From Candidatus Entotheonellaceae bacterium (lineage in GTDB: Bacteria; Tectomicrobia; Entotheonellia; Entotheonellales; Entotheonellaceae), in the NCBI GenBank assembly GCA_965238075.1, contig OZ250173.1:2976001-3040000 (forward strand): a DNA stretch of 64,000 nt, in the 5' to 3' direction. Below, in pieces: positions 29,232 through 39,113 of the stretch (its first letter is position 1; each line of letters begins with the position of its first letter). The notes below the pieces were generated by a model. That model did no database searches and had not been told where the DNA came from. It worked only from the letters and a program-made list of their open reading frames with translations. The position numbers and the translations under genes are program-made.

Positions 29232-30191
29232 TCAAAACCAGCGGTTTTTTTCCACGATGTTGTGTAGCGGGCGACCCTCGTTGAAGCGCTGGCAGTTGTC
29301 GAGCAGCAACTCGGTGCGGCGCTCTTGCAGGTACGGGCCGATGCCGGCGACGTGCGGCGTCAGCAGCACGCCCGGCGTGTTCCATAGGGCGTGCTCCGGC
29401 GGCAGGGGTTCGATCTCGAACACGTCCAAACCGGCGCCGGCGATTTCGCCGCCGCGCAGCGCCGCGACCAATTCGTCGAGCTTCACGCAGGCGCCGCGCC
29501 CGATATTGATGAGAAAGGCGGATTTGCGCATGGCGCGAAACTCGGGCTTGCCCATCAAGCCTTCGGTCTCGGGGGTGTGCGGCACGGTGAGGATGACGAA
29601 ATCAGCCTGCGGCAGCATCTCATGCAAGGCGTCGGGGCGCTGCAGTTCTTTCATGCTCGGCGGCGCCTCGGGGCGTCGGGCGTCGACGCCGAGCACGGTC
29701 ATCCCGAAGGCGGCGCAGAGCCGAGCTGTTTCGCTGCCGATGCCGCCGACGCCGACGATGAGGGCGGTGGCTTCCGACAGGTGGATGATGTCGTGCTCGC
29801 CACGCGGGCGCCATTGCCGCAGAAGCTGGCTCGGCAGGTAGTGATGCAGGCCGCGCGCGAAGGCCAGCACAAAGGCCATGATATGGGCGCCGATATGGTC
29901 GTTGTAAATTTCGCGTTGGTTGGTGACCACCACGTCGTTGTCGATGAGTTCCGGCGTGTAATACCCGGCGGGCGGCGCCGCCGCCGGGGCCTGAATCCAG
30001 CGCAGGCGCGTGGCGCGGTTCAACAAATCCGGCACCACGTCGCCGTAGGCCGCGTCGGCGTCGACGATGGCCTCGCGCGCTGCTTCGGGGCTGTCGAACA
30101 GGACCACCTCGCAATCGGGCACCACAGCGCGGATTTTCTCCGGCCAGTCCGCCTGCGTGTTGGGTGGCAAGAGAACCATTTTGAAACCCAT
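29232..30191 (-). CDS. D-2-hydroxyacid dehydrogenase family protein
   Basis: GVGGIG, LINIGRG, GAGLDVFEIEPLP, TPHVAG. Confidence 0.92.
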   Translation of the reverse strand: MGFKMVLLPPNTQADWPEKIRAVVPDCEVVLFDSPEAAREAIVDADAAYGDVVPDLLNRATRLRWIQAPAAAPPAGYYTPELIDNDVVVTNQREIYNDHIGAHIMAFVLAFARGLHHYLPSQLLRQWRPRGEHDIIHLSEATALIVGVGGIGSETARLCAAFGMTVLGVDARRPEAPPSMKELQRPDALHEMLPQADFVILTVPHTPETEGLMGKPEFRAMRKSAFLINIGRGACVKLDELVAALRGGEIAGAGLDVFEIEPLPPEHALWNTPGVLLTPHVAGIGPYLQERRTELLLDNCQRFNEGRPLHNIVEKNRWF

Positions 30192-30211
30192 GAGCGACTC
30201 CCTTTGTCGGG

Positions 30212-31492
30212 TTAGATGATGTGCTGGTCACGCAGCCGTCGGATGTCCGCGTCGTCGTAGCCCAGGGACTGCAGAATGTCGTCCGTGTGCGCGCCCAGCG
30301 GCGGGGCGGGCGGGCCGACTTCGCCCGGCGTGGCGGACAGGTTGACCGGCAGGCCGACGACCTTGATCGGACCGCCTTCGGGGTGGTGCTGCTCCACGAC
30401 CATGGCGTTGTGATGCACCTGCGGGTCGGCGAACAGCTCGGCGTAGTCGTACACCGGGGCGCAGAGCACGTCGTAGGTGCTCAGGTAGGCGAGCCAGTCG
30501 TCGCGGGAGCGAGCGCTCAGGATGACCTCGAGCGCGGCCACCAACGCCTGGCCGTGGGTCCGGCGAGCCTCGCGGGAGGCGAAGCGGGCGTCATCGGCCA
30601 AGGCGGCAAACTCGGGCACGGCGCACAGGCGCCGCCACCACTCGTCGGAATGCGCGTTGAGCACCAGCCATTTGTCCCGGGTGGGAAACACGCCGTAGGG
30701 CTGCGAGATCATCCAATGCCCGCTGCCGCTGCGGGGCGGCAGGGCGCCGGAGTTGAGAAAGACGGTGGCCTCCATGGATTGCAGGGCGATCATGGCGTCG
30801 AGCAGCGAGACCTCCACCTCCTGACCGATGCCGTATTGCGAGCGCGCTTGCAGGGCGGTGACGACGCCGTAGGCCGCGGTCAGGGCGCCGGTGACGTCGG
30901 CGAGATAGGTGCCGACCGCGACCGGTGGGCCGCCTTCCCAGCCGGTGGTGCTGATAATGCCGGACATCCCTTGCAGCAGCAGGTCCTGTCCGGGGCGTGT
31001 GGCGAGCGGGCCATCCTGGCCGTAGCCGGAGAGCGAGCAGTAGATGAGCGACGGATTGAGCGGGCGCAGGCGTACGGCGTCGAGGCCGAGCCGGGCCATG
31101 ACGCCGGGCCGGAAGTTGTGGATGAGCACGTCACTGCAGGTCGTGAGGCGGCGGATGATTTCCTGTCCGTCGGGCTGCCGCAGATCGACGGACAGGCTGC
31201 GTTTGTTGCGGTTGCGGGCGAGGAACGAGGCGCTGTCGCCGTGCACCCGCACGCTGCCGGCCTGACGTGCCGGGTCGCCCGTTTCGCGGGGTTCGATCTT
31301 GATGACGTCGGCGCCCATGTCGGCCAGCATCTGGGTACAGAAAGGGCCGAAAATGTAGCGCGACAGATCGAGCACGCGGACGCCGTCGAGGGCTTTGGGC
31401 GCCCGGCCGAGGTGTTGTAGGCGCTGCTGCTTGAGCTCGCGCAGCTCGGCTTCGAGAGCGGCGATGCGGGCTTCGAGGGCTTGGTCGGGCAC
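30212..31492 (-). CDS. CoA transferase family III (CaiB/BaiF)
   Basis: LDGVRVLDLSR, LADMGADVIKIE, NRNKRSL, NFRPG, SGYGQDGP. Confidence 0.92.
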   Translation of the reverse strand: MPDQALEARIAALEAELRELKQQRLQHLGRAPKALDGVRVLDLSRYIFGPFCTQMLADMGADVIKIEPRETGDPARQAGSVRVHGDSASFLARNRNKRSLSVDLRQPDGQEIIRRLTTCSDVLIHNFRPGVMARLGLDAVRLRPLNPSLIYCSLSGYGQDGPLATRPGQDLLLQGMSGIISTTGWEGGPPVAVGTYLADVTGALTAAYGVVTALQARSQYGIGQEVEVSLLDAMIALQSMEATVFLNSGALPPRSGSGHWMISQPYGVFPTRDKWLVLNAHSDEWWRRLCAVPEFAALADDARFASREARRTHGQALVAALEVILSARSRDDWLAYLSTYDVLCAPVYDYAELFADPQVHHNAMVVEQHHPEGGPIKVVGLPVNLSATPGEVGPPAPPLGAHTDDILQSLGYDDADIRRLRDQHII

Positions 31493-31642
31493 GGGAATTC
31501 CTCAAGCGATTGCTGGATAGCGCGTTTATACCACAGGTGCCGGTGGAGGGTCTACGAAGGGGTTGACAGGACGGCGGCGGGGCGTGTAGATGGGAAAGGT
31601 TTTCAGGTCTTAAGACAAACAGAAGCGAGGAGTAGGGGCGTT

Positions 31643-32422
31643 ATGCGACGATTTGAGGGCAAGGTTGTGGCGGTGACGGGCGGCGCGTCGGGGATCGGCG
31701 AGGCGACGGCGCGGCGTTGTGGCGCCGAGGGCGCTCGGGTGGCGATTGCCGACCGCGACGCCGAGCGCGGCGAGTGGGTGGCGGTGGACTTGCAGGGCCA
31801 GGGTGTTGAGGCGTTGTTCGTGCCGGCGCAAGTGGAACGGGAAGAGGCGGCGGCGGATTTTGTGCGGCGCACGGTGGATCGTTTCGGGCGGCTCGACGTG
31901 CTGGTGAACAACGCCGGCATCCGGTTGTACCAGACGGTGGTAGAGGCCAGCGCCGAGAGCTGGGACAGGATCCTGGCGGTCAACGTGAAGGGCTATGCCT
32001 TCTGCGCCAAGGCCGCCATTCCGGTGATGGGGCAAAACGGCGGCGGCAGCATCGTCAACGTGGCGTCGATACGCGCCGTCACCGCCGGCGGTAACATGAC
32101 GCAGTACGACACCAGCAAGGCTGCCGTGGCCGGGCTGACGCGCGGCCTGGCGATGGACCACGCCATGGAGGGCATACGGGTCAACGCCGTGTGCCCGGGG
32201 CCGATCTTCACGCGTTTCCACGAGAACCGGGCGCGGGAGGCTGGCAAGACGCCGGATGAGTTCAAGAAGACCTTCGCGGGCGGCGTCATGCTGCAGCGGC
32301 CGGGCACGCCGGAGGAGGTGGCGGCGTGTATCCTGTTCCTGGCTTCGGACGATGCCTCATTCGTCACCGGCACCTGTCTGTTCGTCGACGGCGGGATAAC
32401 CGCGGCGTCGCCAACATCTTGA
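31643..32422 (+). CDS. SDR family oxidoreductase
   Basis: TGGASGIG, NNAG, YDTSK; start MRRFEGK. Confidence 0.92.
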   Translation: MRRFEGKVVAVTGGASGIGEATARRCGAEGARVAIADRDAERGEWVAVDLQGQGVEALFVPAQVEREEAAADFVRRTVDRFGRLDVLVNNAGIRLYQTVVEASAESWDRILAVNVKGYAFCAKAAIPVMGQNGGGSIVNVASIRAVTAGGNMTQYDTSKAAVAGLTRGLAMDHAMEGIRVNAVCPGPIFTRFHENRAREAGKTPDEFKKTFAGGVMLQRPGTPEEVAACILFLASDDASFVTGTCLFVDGGITAASPTS

Positions 32423-32573
32423 TTTCAGAGGATATAGCGGGATGTTTCCGACCGGGTTAGGATCGTGTGAAGTATTCCACACGTTTTGGGGAAAACCACT
32501 GGAATTTCCCATCTAAGCGATTGGCGGAAGTGAGGTTGCGCGGAATGCTGAATTTGTCATCACCACCCCGGCG

Positions 32574-33014
32574 TCAGGGTTGCCAGCGGGCGACCGTCTC
32601 GACGGCTTCGCCGAGCGAAGCGAAGAGGCGAACGTCGCGCCGCGGCGTGCCGCAGGCGAGGCAGGTCCAGCGCGGCATCAGGCCCTGGCGCCAGCGCACC
32701 CCGGCGGTGCGACGGTTGCACATCCGGCAATGGCCCGGCACGGTGGCGAACAGCCAGCCGCAGACCCAGCACACCCATTTGGTGGCGCCGCCGGTGGCGT
32801 CCTGCACCAGGGCGCCCTCGGTGCGGCGGCGGCAGACCCGGCAATGGACGTGCTGCCAGTCGGTGACGCGCCAATCCATGAAGCGGCTCTGGCCGCAGCG
32901 GACGCATTCCCAGATCATGACGGGTTTTTCGAGGTTGGGGAGGCGGCGCCACATGGTTTGTTGGCCGCATGGCTCGCAGTGGGCTTGCTGGGGTCTGAGG
33001 TATGGTTCGTACAT
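32574..33014 (-). CDS. Hypothetical Cys-rich protein with three tandem zinc-ribbon repeats
   Basis: Six CxxC motifs arranged as 3 x (HCxxCxxxT...WxCxxCG). Confidence 0.7.
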   Translation of the reverse strand: MYEPYLRPQQAHCEPCGQQTMWRRLPNLEKPVMIWECVRCGQSRFMDWRVTDWQHVHCRVCRRRTEGALVQDATGGATKWVCWVCGWLFATVPGHCRMCNRRTAGVRWRQGLMPRWTCLACGTPRRDVRLFASLGEAVETVARWQP

Positions 33015-33021
33015 CTTTCGC

Positions 33022-33157
33022 GTTTTCAGTTTCGAGTCTTCCGTTCTCAATCCTCAGTTCTCAAAACTACGGCTTCCGCCGGAGTGACGGGCAGTTTGAA
33101 CACGGATTCTTTTCAACCTTCTAATGCTCTAGAAACTCAAAACTGGAAACTAAAAGC
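33022..33157. repeat. Degenerate heptamer tandem repeats in inverted orientation
   Basis: TTTTCAG TTTCGAG TCTTCCG TTCTCAA TCCTCAG TTCTCAA, then complementary AACTCAA AACTGGA AACTAAA. Confidence 0.6.
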
Positions 33158-33877
33158 ATGAGTCAGCGTTATGCCCTGGTTACGGCTGGTGCGCAAGGGC
33201 TGGGATCGGCCATGGCGCGGCATCTGGGGCGCCAGGGGTACAGCCTGTTCATCCACTACTACACCAGTCGGGAAAATGCCGAGGCGCTGCGGGCCGAGGT
33301 CGCCGCGGCGGGCGGCGAGGCGGTTTGTGTGCAGGCCGACCTGTCGCGCGCCGCGGGCCGTGAGCGCCTGATGGCGGAAATCGCGGGCCGCACGCCGGCA
33401 TTGCACGTCCTGGTCAACAATGTCGGCTGGTATTTCATCGAGCGGTTGCCCGACATCACCCTGGCGCAGTGGGAACAGGCGCTCAGCCTCAACTGCACGG
33501 TGGCCTTCCACCTCACGCAACTCGCGTTGCCCCTCCTGGAAGCGGCCCAGCCGCCGGGCCGAATTGTCAATATCGGCGATTCGGCCTGTGACCGCCTGGC
33601 TGCGCACGTCATGGCGACGCCCTACCACATCGCCAAGTTGGGCCTGCACGTGCTGACCCGCAGCTACGCGGAACTGCTCATGCCCAAGGGCATCACGGTC
33701 AACATGATTTCGCCGGGATTTCTGGAAAACAGCGTTGGCCGCCCGCCCAGGCGACTGCCCGCCGGGCGCAAAGGGTCGTTCGACGACGTACTCGGCGCCT
33801 TGGATTACCTCCTTTCCGAGCAGGCCGCGTACGTGTCGGGAACCAACCTGCTGGTGACCGGCGCCTGGCAGCTATGA
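33158..33877 (+). CDS. SDR family oxidoreductase (pteridine-reductase-like architecture)
   Basis: TAGAQGLG, IHYYTS, LVNNVG, YHIAK. Confidence 0.88.
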   Translation: MSQRYALVTAGAQGLGSAMARHLGRQGYSLFIHYYTSRENAEALRAEVAAAGGEAVCVQADLSRAAGRERLMAEIAGRTPALHVLVNNVGWYFIERLPDITLAQWEQALSLNCTVAFHLTQLALPLLEAAQPPGRIVNIGDSACDRLAAHVMATPYHIAKLGLHVLTRSYAELLMPKGITVNMISPGFLENSVGRPPRRLPAGRKGSFDDVLGALDYLLSEQAAYVSGTNLLVTGAWQL

Positions 33878-34852
33878 ACGCTGGCACAGGTAAATTCCTT
33901 CCTCCTGTGAATCAAGCACCCACGTCTGCCCGACTTTGAAGCCGGCGTCGTCGAGCACCTGCGGCAGCGCCGCCGGCGTGAAGCGGTTCGAGAAGAATAC
34001 CTCCAGCACCTCTCCCTTGTGGAAGTCGAACGATTCCTCGTAAAGCGCCAATTGTACGTCTTGCAAGACTTGGGCGTTAGCCTGGATGTGCCAGATATGG
34101 CCGTCCTCGCGCCGCGGCCGCGCCTGCACCGCCAGCCGCAGGTCGGAGCCCGCAAAGCCCAGGCTGTCGAGCAGTCCGCTGAACCAGGCACGGGCCAGCG
34201 GATTGTCGTACTGCGGCAGGATGCGTTGCGCGGCCGCTGAGCCGTATGGGCCGGGCGACAGGTTGGCGGAAATCAGCAACAGGTCGTCAGGCCGCATCAG
34301 ACGCCGCAGGTAGGACAGCAGAGCGGCGTCGTCGAAATTCGGGATGATGCCGAAGCAGCCGAAGACGCGGCGGGCGCCGTCGGCTTCCTGTTGTGCCAGC
34401 CAAGAGTCGAGGTCGGGCTCTGCTGCCAGATCGACAACCAGTGGCGAGGCGCTCAAGGCGGGGAACGTTCCTTGCAGGCGCAGCATCGTTTCCAGCACCA
34501 GCGCGGCGCTGGTATCCGTGGGGCTGACGTGCAGCGCGCCGCCGTAGTCCAGGGCGTGGCGCACGAACAGGGCGTCCTTGTTGCCGCCGCCGCATCCCAG
34601 GCTGACGTAGTGCAGGGGTTGTCCCGTCAGGGCGGCAATGGCCGCCTGAAAAGACCGTTCGTACAACGCCAACAGTTCCGGTTCGGTGCGCGACGGTGAG
34701 TAAGCCTGATGGTAGGCCAACCACCGTTGCGCCTGCGCCGGCGAGTCGTACAACAGCCGCCCCGGCAGCTTGCGGGCGCGCAATCCCTGCCGGCACTGCA
34801 TGGCTACCTGCTCGGGGTACTGGGAGTCGTGGAATGTGAGCGTCATCGGCAT
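33872..34852 (-). CDS. Methyltransf_33 family (EgtD-like) SAM-dependent methyltransferase
   Basis: KLPGRLLY, SLGCGGGNKD, FGIIPNF, QYDN, FSNRFT layout of EgtD-like proteins. Confidence 0.7.
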   Translation of the reverse strand: MPMTLTFHDSQYPEQVAMQCRQGLRARKLPGRLLYDSPAQAQRWLAYHQAYSPSRTEPELLALYERSFQAAIAALTGQPLHYVSLGCGGGNKDALFVRHALDYGGALHVSPTDTSAALVLETMLRLQGTFPALSASPLVVDLAAEPDLDSWLAQQEADGARRVFGCFGIIPNFDDAALLSYLRRLMRPDDLLLISANLSPGPYGSAAAQRILPQYDNPLARAWFSGLLDSLGFAGSDLRLAVQARPRREDGHIWHIQANAQVLQDVQLALYEESFDFHKGEVLEVFFSNRFTPAALPQVLDDAGFKVGQTWVLDSQEEGIYLCQRS

Positions 34853-35011
34853 GCGGATGGATACTCGATTCTGGTTGTTAAAGCCACGTCACCGCCGGGT
34901 GATTCCGATTCGGTAGCAACCGGCACAATCATGGTACATCGGCGTCCCTGGCTTTTCCAAGAGAGCTCAGCGACGGACGTTCCAGAGCCAGGGCAAGCCG
35001 CCCCTTTTCCC

Positions 35012-35040
35012 TTGACACCCTGCAGACCTTCCCCTACGTT
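35012..35040 (+). promoter_or_regulatory. sigma70-type promoter
   Basis: TTGACA-17 bp-TACGTT upstream of 35099. Confidence 0.55.
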
Positions 35041-35098
35041 ACCGCTTCCGCAAGCGCCGGTGGGTGATTGCCTTCTTGCGAGCGCTAAGGAAAGGCCC

Positions 35099-35407
35099 AT
35101 GGCAAGCCTCATCTTTGACACCCACGCCTTTGTGAAGCAACTTACCGAGGCCGGAATGCCTGAACAACAGGCGGAAGTGCTGGCTCGGACCCACGCGGCG
35201 TTGATTGATGAACGTCTGGCCACCAAGGATGACTTGCAGGCATTGGAATTGCGTCTGAGCAATCAGATCAAGGAACTGGACACGCGGTTCAGCCATCAGA
35301 TGAAAGAGTTGGAATCTCGACTTCGATACGATCTGACGGTTCGTCTCGGTTCCATGTTCGTTGTGACCGCCGGTTTGATCGTCCCGTTGTTGAAACTCAT
35401 GCAATAA
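35099..35407 (+). CDS. DUF1640/CCDC90-like coiled-coil membrane-anchored protein
   Basis: FDTHAFVKQLTEAGMPEQQAE, LATKDDL, coiled coil, C-terminal hydrophobic helix. Confidence 0.85.
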   Translation: MASLIFDTHAFVKQLTEAGMPEQQAEVLARTHAALIDERLATKDDLQALELRLSNQIKELDTRFSHQMKELESRLRYDLTVRLGSMFVVTAGLIVPLLKLMQ

Positions 35408-35484
35408 CCATTTTGGCAGACCCGACACCGCTGGCGCCCTGAGCCGCGTAGACCCCCGCATCCACCGGCTGAGAAAGGGGTAGC

Positions 35485-36264
35485 ATGACCATCGAATGCC
35501 ACCTTGACATCCGAGGCGTTTCGAAGCATTTCGGTGGGGTGCAGGCCATTGGCGACGTCAGCTTGCAGGTGAACCGGGGTGAGATCGTCTCGGTGATCGG
35601 GCCGAATGGCGCCGGCAAGACGACGCTCCTGAACATGATCAGTGGTTTTTACCATCCCGACAGCGGTTCGATTCTCCTCGCCGACCGCGACATCTCACGT
35701 CTTTCCCCCAGCCGCATTGCCACCCTTGGTGTCGCCCGAACCTTCCAGAACATCGCGCTGTTTCGCGGCATGACGGTGCTCGACAACCTCATGCTGGGGC
35801 GGCACGTACACATGCGCACTGGCGTACTGAGCGCCATGTTGCGCTTCGGGCCAGCCTTGCGGGAAGAAGTACAACACCGTGAGGTGGTCGAGGACGTCAT
35901 CGAGTTTCTCGACATCCAGCCGCTGCGCAAACAGCCGGCGGGGGCGCTGGCTTACGGATTACAAAAGCGCGTCGAACTCGGTCGCGCTCTGGCGGCACAC
36001 CCGCAGGTGCTGCTGCTCGACGAGCCGATGGGCGGCATGAACATAGAAGAAAAAGAGGACATGGCGCGCTTCGTCCTGGACGTGAACGACGAGTGGGGCA
36101 CCACCATCGTATTGATCGAGCACGACATGGGGGTGGTCATGGACATCTCTGACCGGGTCGTCGTTCTGGACCTGGGGCAAAAAATCGCCGAAGGCACACC
36201 GGACGAGGTTAAGGAAGCGCCGGAGGTCATCAAAGCCTACCTGGGAACCCCGGCCGCGAGTTGA
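35485..36264 (+). CDS. ABC ATP-binding protein (LivG-like)
   Basis: GPNGAGKTT, ARTFQNIALF, LAYGLQKRVELGRAL, LLDEP. Confidence 0.92.
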   Translation: MTIECHLDIRGVSKHFGGVQAIGDVSLQVNRGEIVSVIGPNGAGKTTLLNMISGFYHPDSGSILLADRDISRLSPSRIATLGVARTFQNIALFRGMTVLDNLMLGRHVHMRTGVLSAMLRFGPALREEVQHREVVEDVIEFLDIQPLRKQPAGALAYGLQKRVELGRALAAHPQVLLLDEPMGGMNIEEKEDMARFVLDVNDEWGTTIVLIEHDMGVVMDISDRVVVLDLGQKIAEGTPDEVKEAPEVIKAYLGTPAAS

Positions 36265-36307
36265 CCCTGGCTGCGCGCACCCACAACTGCATCACGAGGA
36301 AGAGACG

Positions 36308-38215
36308 ATGGCCGAGACCCTGCCGCACTACCTACTTCGCAACGCCCGTGAGTTTCCTCATCAGGTGGCCATGCGGGAAAAGGAAAAGGGCATCTGGCAG
36401 CAGTGGACCTGGCGCCAGTACCTCGACGAGGTGCGCGATTTGGCACTGGGGCTTGCCGCGTTGGGATTCGAGCGCGGCGACAAGCTGGCGATCCTGAGCG
36501 ACAACCGGCCGCAGGTCTACTGGGCCATGGTGGCCGCGCAGGCGCTTGGCGGCATGCCGGTGCCGCTGTATCAGGACTCGATCAGCCGGCAGCTGGCCTT
36601 CGTCGTCGATCACTCGGACGCCGCCATGGTGCTGGCCGAGGATCAGGAGCAGGTGGACAAGGTTCTGGAACTGAAGGATCGCCTCCCCAAGATGCATCGG
36701 GTGATCTACGACGATCCGAAGGGTATGCGGCACTACGACGATCCGTGGCTGACCAGCTTCACCGCCGTCCAGGAAAAGGGCCGCGAGTTGGGCCGGCAGC
36801 AGCCGCAGCTTTTCGACGAGCACGTCTCGGCAGGACAAGCCGACGATATCGCGCTGATCTGTTACACCTCCGGCACCACCGGGCAGCCGAAGGGCGCCAT
36901 GCTGTCGCACGCCAACCTGATCACCGCCGTCGAGGGCATGCAGACCGTCGAGCCCTACTACCCTACCGACGAAACCCTGGCCTACCTGCCGCCCGCCTGG
37001 GTTGGCGATACCTTCTGGTCGCTGGCCGGCGCGCTGATGACGGGATGCCGGGTGAACTGCCCGGAACGCCCGGAGACGGTGCAGGCGAATATCCGGGAGA
37101 TCGGCCCGCACTTCCTGGTGGCGCCGCCGCGCATCTGGGAGAACCTCGTTTCCGAGGTGCGCACCCGCATCGACGACGCCTCGTTCATGAAACGCTGGCT
37201 GTTCCACAAGCTCATGCCCATCGGCGAGGACGTGGCGCGCAAGCGCATGGCGAAAGAACCGGTGGGCGCCCTCCAGAAGGGCCTGCACAAGCTGGCGGAG
37301 TTCTTCGTTTTTGGCCCCCTGCGCGACCATCTCGGTTTCCGCCGCATCCGCTCGGCCTACACCGGCGGCGCGCCGCTCGGCCCGGAGGTCTTCCTGTTTT
37401 TCCGCGCCCTCGGCATCAATCTCAAACAGGTGTACGGTCAAACGGAATCCGGCGTCACCTGCGTACAGCGTGATGACGACGTCTCTCTGGGCACCGTCGG
37501 CAAGCCGTTTCCCAACGTCGAGATGGCGGTGTCGGACGACGGCGAGGTACTGATCAACGGCCCGATGGTCTTCAAGGGCTACTACAAAGACGAGGCTGCC
37601 ACCGCTGCCGCCCTCAAGGACGGCTGGCTGTATTCGGGCGACGCCGGGCTTATCGACCCGAACGACCATTTGGTGGTCATCGACCGCGCCAAGGACGTGA
37701 CGGCGCTTACCGACGGCACCCGATTCGCCCCGCAATTCATCGAGAACAAGCTGAAGTTCAGCCCATATATCAAGGAGGCGGTGTCGTTCGGCCAGGATCG
37801 CCCGTACGTCGCCGCCATGGTCGATATCGATATGGAGAACGTCGGGCGCTGGGCGGAAAAGAATCGCCTGGCGTACACCACCTACACCGATCTGGCGCAA
37901 AAGCCCGAGGTCTATGACCTCATCGCGCTGGAGGTCGACCGGGTGAACCGCGACCTGCCCGAATCGACCCGTATCCGGCGCTTCCTGCTGTTGCACAAGG
38001 AGCTGGACGCCGATGACGAGGAGATCACCCGCACGCGCAAGGTGCGCCGTGGGCTGGTGGCGGAACGGTACGCCGACATCATTGCCGCCCTGTTCACCGA
38101 GGAAGTCTCGACCGTGCCGGTGACCTCGGTCATCACTTACCAGGACGGGCGTCAGGCAACGCTGGAGACCACGCTGGCGATTCGCGATGCCGGTACGGCC
38201 CTGGCCGAGGCGTAG
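36308..38215 (+). CDS. Long-chain acyl-CoA synthetase (AMP-binding)
   Basis: YTSGTTGQPKG, YGQTE, GWLYSGDAG, IDRAKD. Confidence 0.92.
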   Translation: MAETLPHYLLRNAREFPHQVAMREKEKGIWQQWTWRQYLDEVRDLALGLAALGFERGDKLAILSDNRPQVYWAMVAAQALGGMPVPLYQDSISRQLAFVVDHSDAAMVLAEDQEQVDKVLELKDRLPKMHRVIYDDPKGMRHYDDPWLTSFTAVQEKGRELGRQQPQLFDEHVSAGQADDIALICYTSGTTGQPKGAMLSHANLITAVEGMQTVEPYYPTDETLAYLPPAWVGDTFWSLAGALMTGCRVNCPERPETVQANIREIGPHFLVAPPRIWENLVSEVRTRIDDASFMKRWLFHKLMPIGEDVARKRMAKEPVGALQKGLHKLAEFFVFGPLRDHLGFRRIRSAYTGGAPLGPEVFLFFRALGINLKQVYGQTESGVTCVQRDDDVSLGTVGKPFPNVEMAVSDDGEVLINGPMVFKGYYKDEAATAAALKDGWLYSGDAGLIDPNDHLVVIDRAKDVTALTDGTRFAPQFIENKLKFSPYIKEAVSFGQDRPYVAAMVDIDMENVGRWAEKNRLAYTTYTDLAQKPEVYDLIALEVDRVNRDLPESTRIRRFLLLHKELDADDEEITRTRKVRRGLVAERYADIIAALFTEEVSTVPVTSVITYQDGRQATLETTLAIRDAGTALAEA

Positions 38216-38226
38216 GGGAGAGACCA

Positions 38227-39111
38227 ATGGAATTCCTGTTCGATCTGACCGCCAACGGCCTGCTGGTGGGGCTCATGTACTCCCTGGTGGCGCTGGGCTT
38301 CGTGCTCATTTACAAGGCCACCAGCGTCATCAACTTTGCGCAGGGCGACCTGCTGATGTTCGCCGGCTACGCGGCGGCGGTGATGACCGGCGGCCTCGGC
38401 ATGCCCTTATGGGCCATGGTGCTGGTGCTGTGTGCCGGCATGGTGCTGCTGGGCTTCGTGCTGGAGCGTGGCATCCTGCGCCCGATGGTCGGGCAGCCGG
38501 TGGTGTCGGTCATTATGGTGACCATCGGCCTGAGTTTCGTGCTGCAGGGGCTGGTGACGATCATATGGGGCGCCAACACGCGGGAACTGGCCCTGCCGGT
38601 TCGGTTCGAGCCGTACATCCTGGGTCCCGTTTACATCTCGCCGATCAACCTGGTGGCTGCGGTCATCGCCATTTTGTTCCTGATTGGCTTTGGCGTGTTT
38701 TTCACGCGCAGCCGCCTGGGGGTGGCCATGCGGGCGGTGGCCGATGACCAGCAGGCGTCGATGGTGGTGGGCATCAAAGTGCCGCGCGTGTTCGCGCTGT
38801 CGTGGGCCATCGCCGGGCTGGCGGCGGCCGCGGGCGGCATCATCTGGGGCAACCAGATCGGCGTCGACACCTTTCTGGCCCTGGTCGGCCTCAAGGTCTT
38901 TCCGGTGGTCATTCTCGGCGGCCTGGACAGCATCGGCGGCGCCATCATCGGCGGCGTGCTGATGGGCGTCATCGAGAGCCTGGCAGCCGGCTACCTCGAT
39001 CCCCTGGTGGGCGGCGGCACAAAGGATTTTATTCCCTATGTGCTGATGATTCTGGTGCTGTTCGTGCGGCCGTACGGCTTTTTCGGACACGAGACGATCG
39101 AGCGGGTGTAG
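38227..39111 (+). CDS. ABC permease (LivH-like)
   Basis: YSLVALGFVLIYKATSVINFAQG, LGVAMRAVADD, ILGGLDSIGG. Confidence 0.92.
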   Translation: MEFLFDLTANGLLVGLMYSLVALGFVLIYKATSVINFAQGDLLMFAGYAAAVMTGGLGMPLWAMVLVLCAGMVLLGFVLERGILRPMVGQPVVSVIMVTIGLSFVLQGLVTIIWGANTRELALPVRFEPYILGPVYISPINLVAAVIAILFLIGFGVFFTRSRLGVAMRAVADDQQASMVVGIKVPRVFALSWAIAGLAAAAGGIIWGNQIGVDTFLALVGLKVFPVVILGGLDSIGGAIIGGVLMGVIESLAAGYLDPLVGGGTKDFIPYVLMILVLFVRPYGFFGHETIERV

Positions 39112-39113
39112 AC

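Noticed and set aside
30212-31492. N-terminal coiled-coil extension on the CoA transferase as a novel fusion
   Set aside because: Only about 25 residues; too short to support a separate domain claim.
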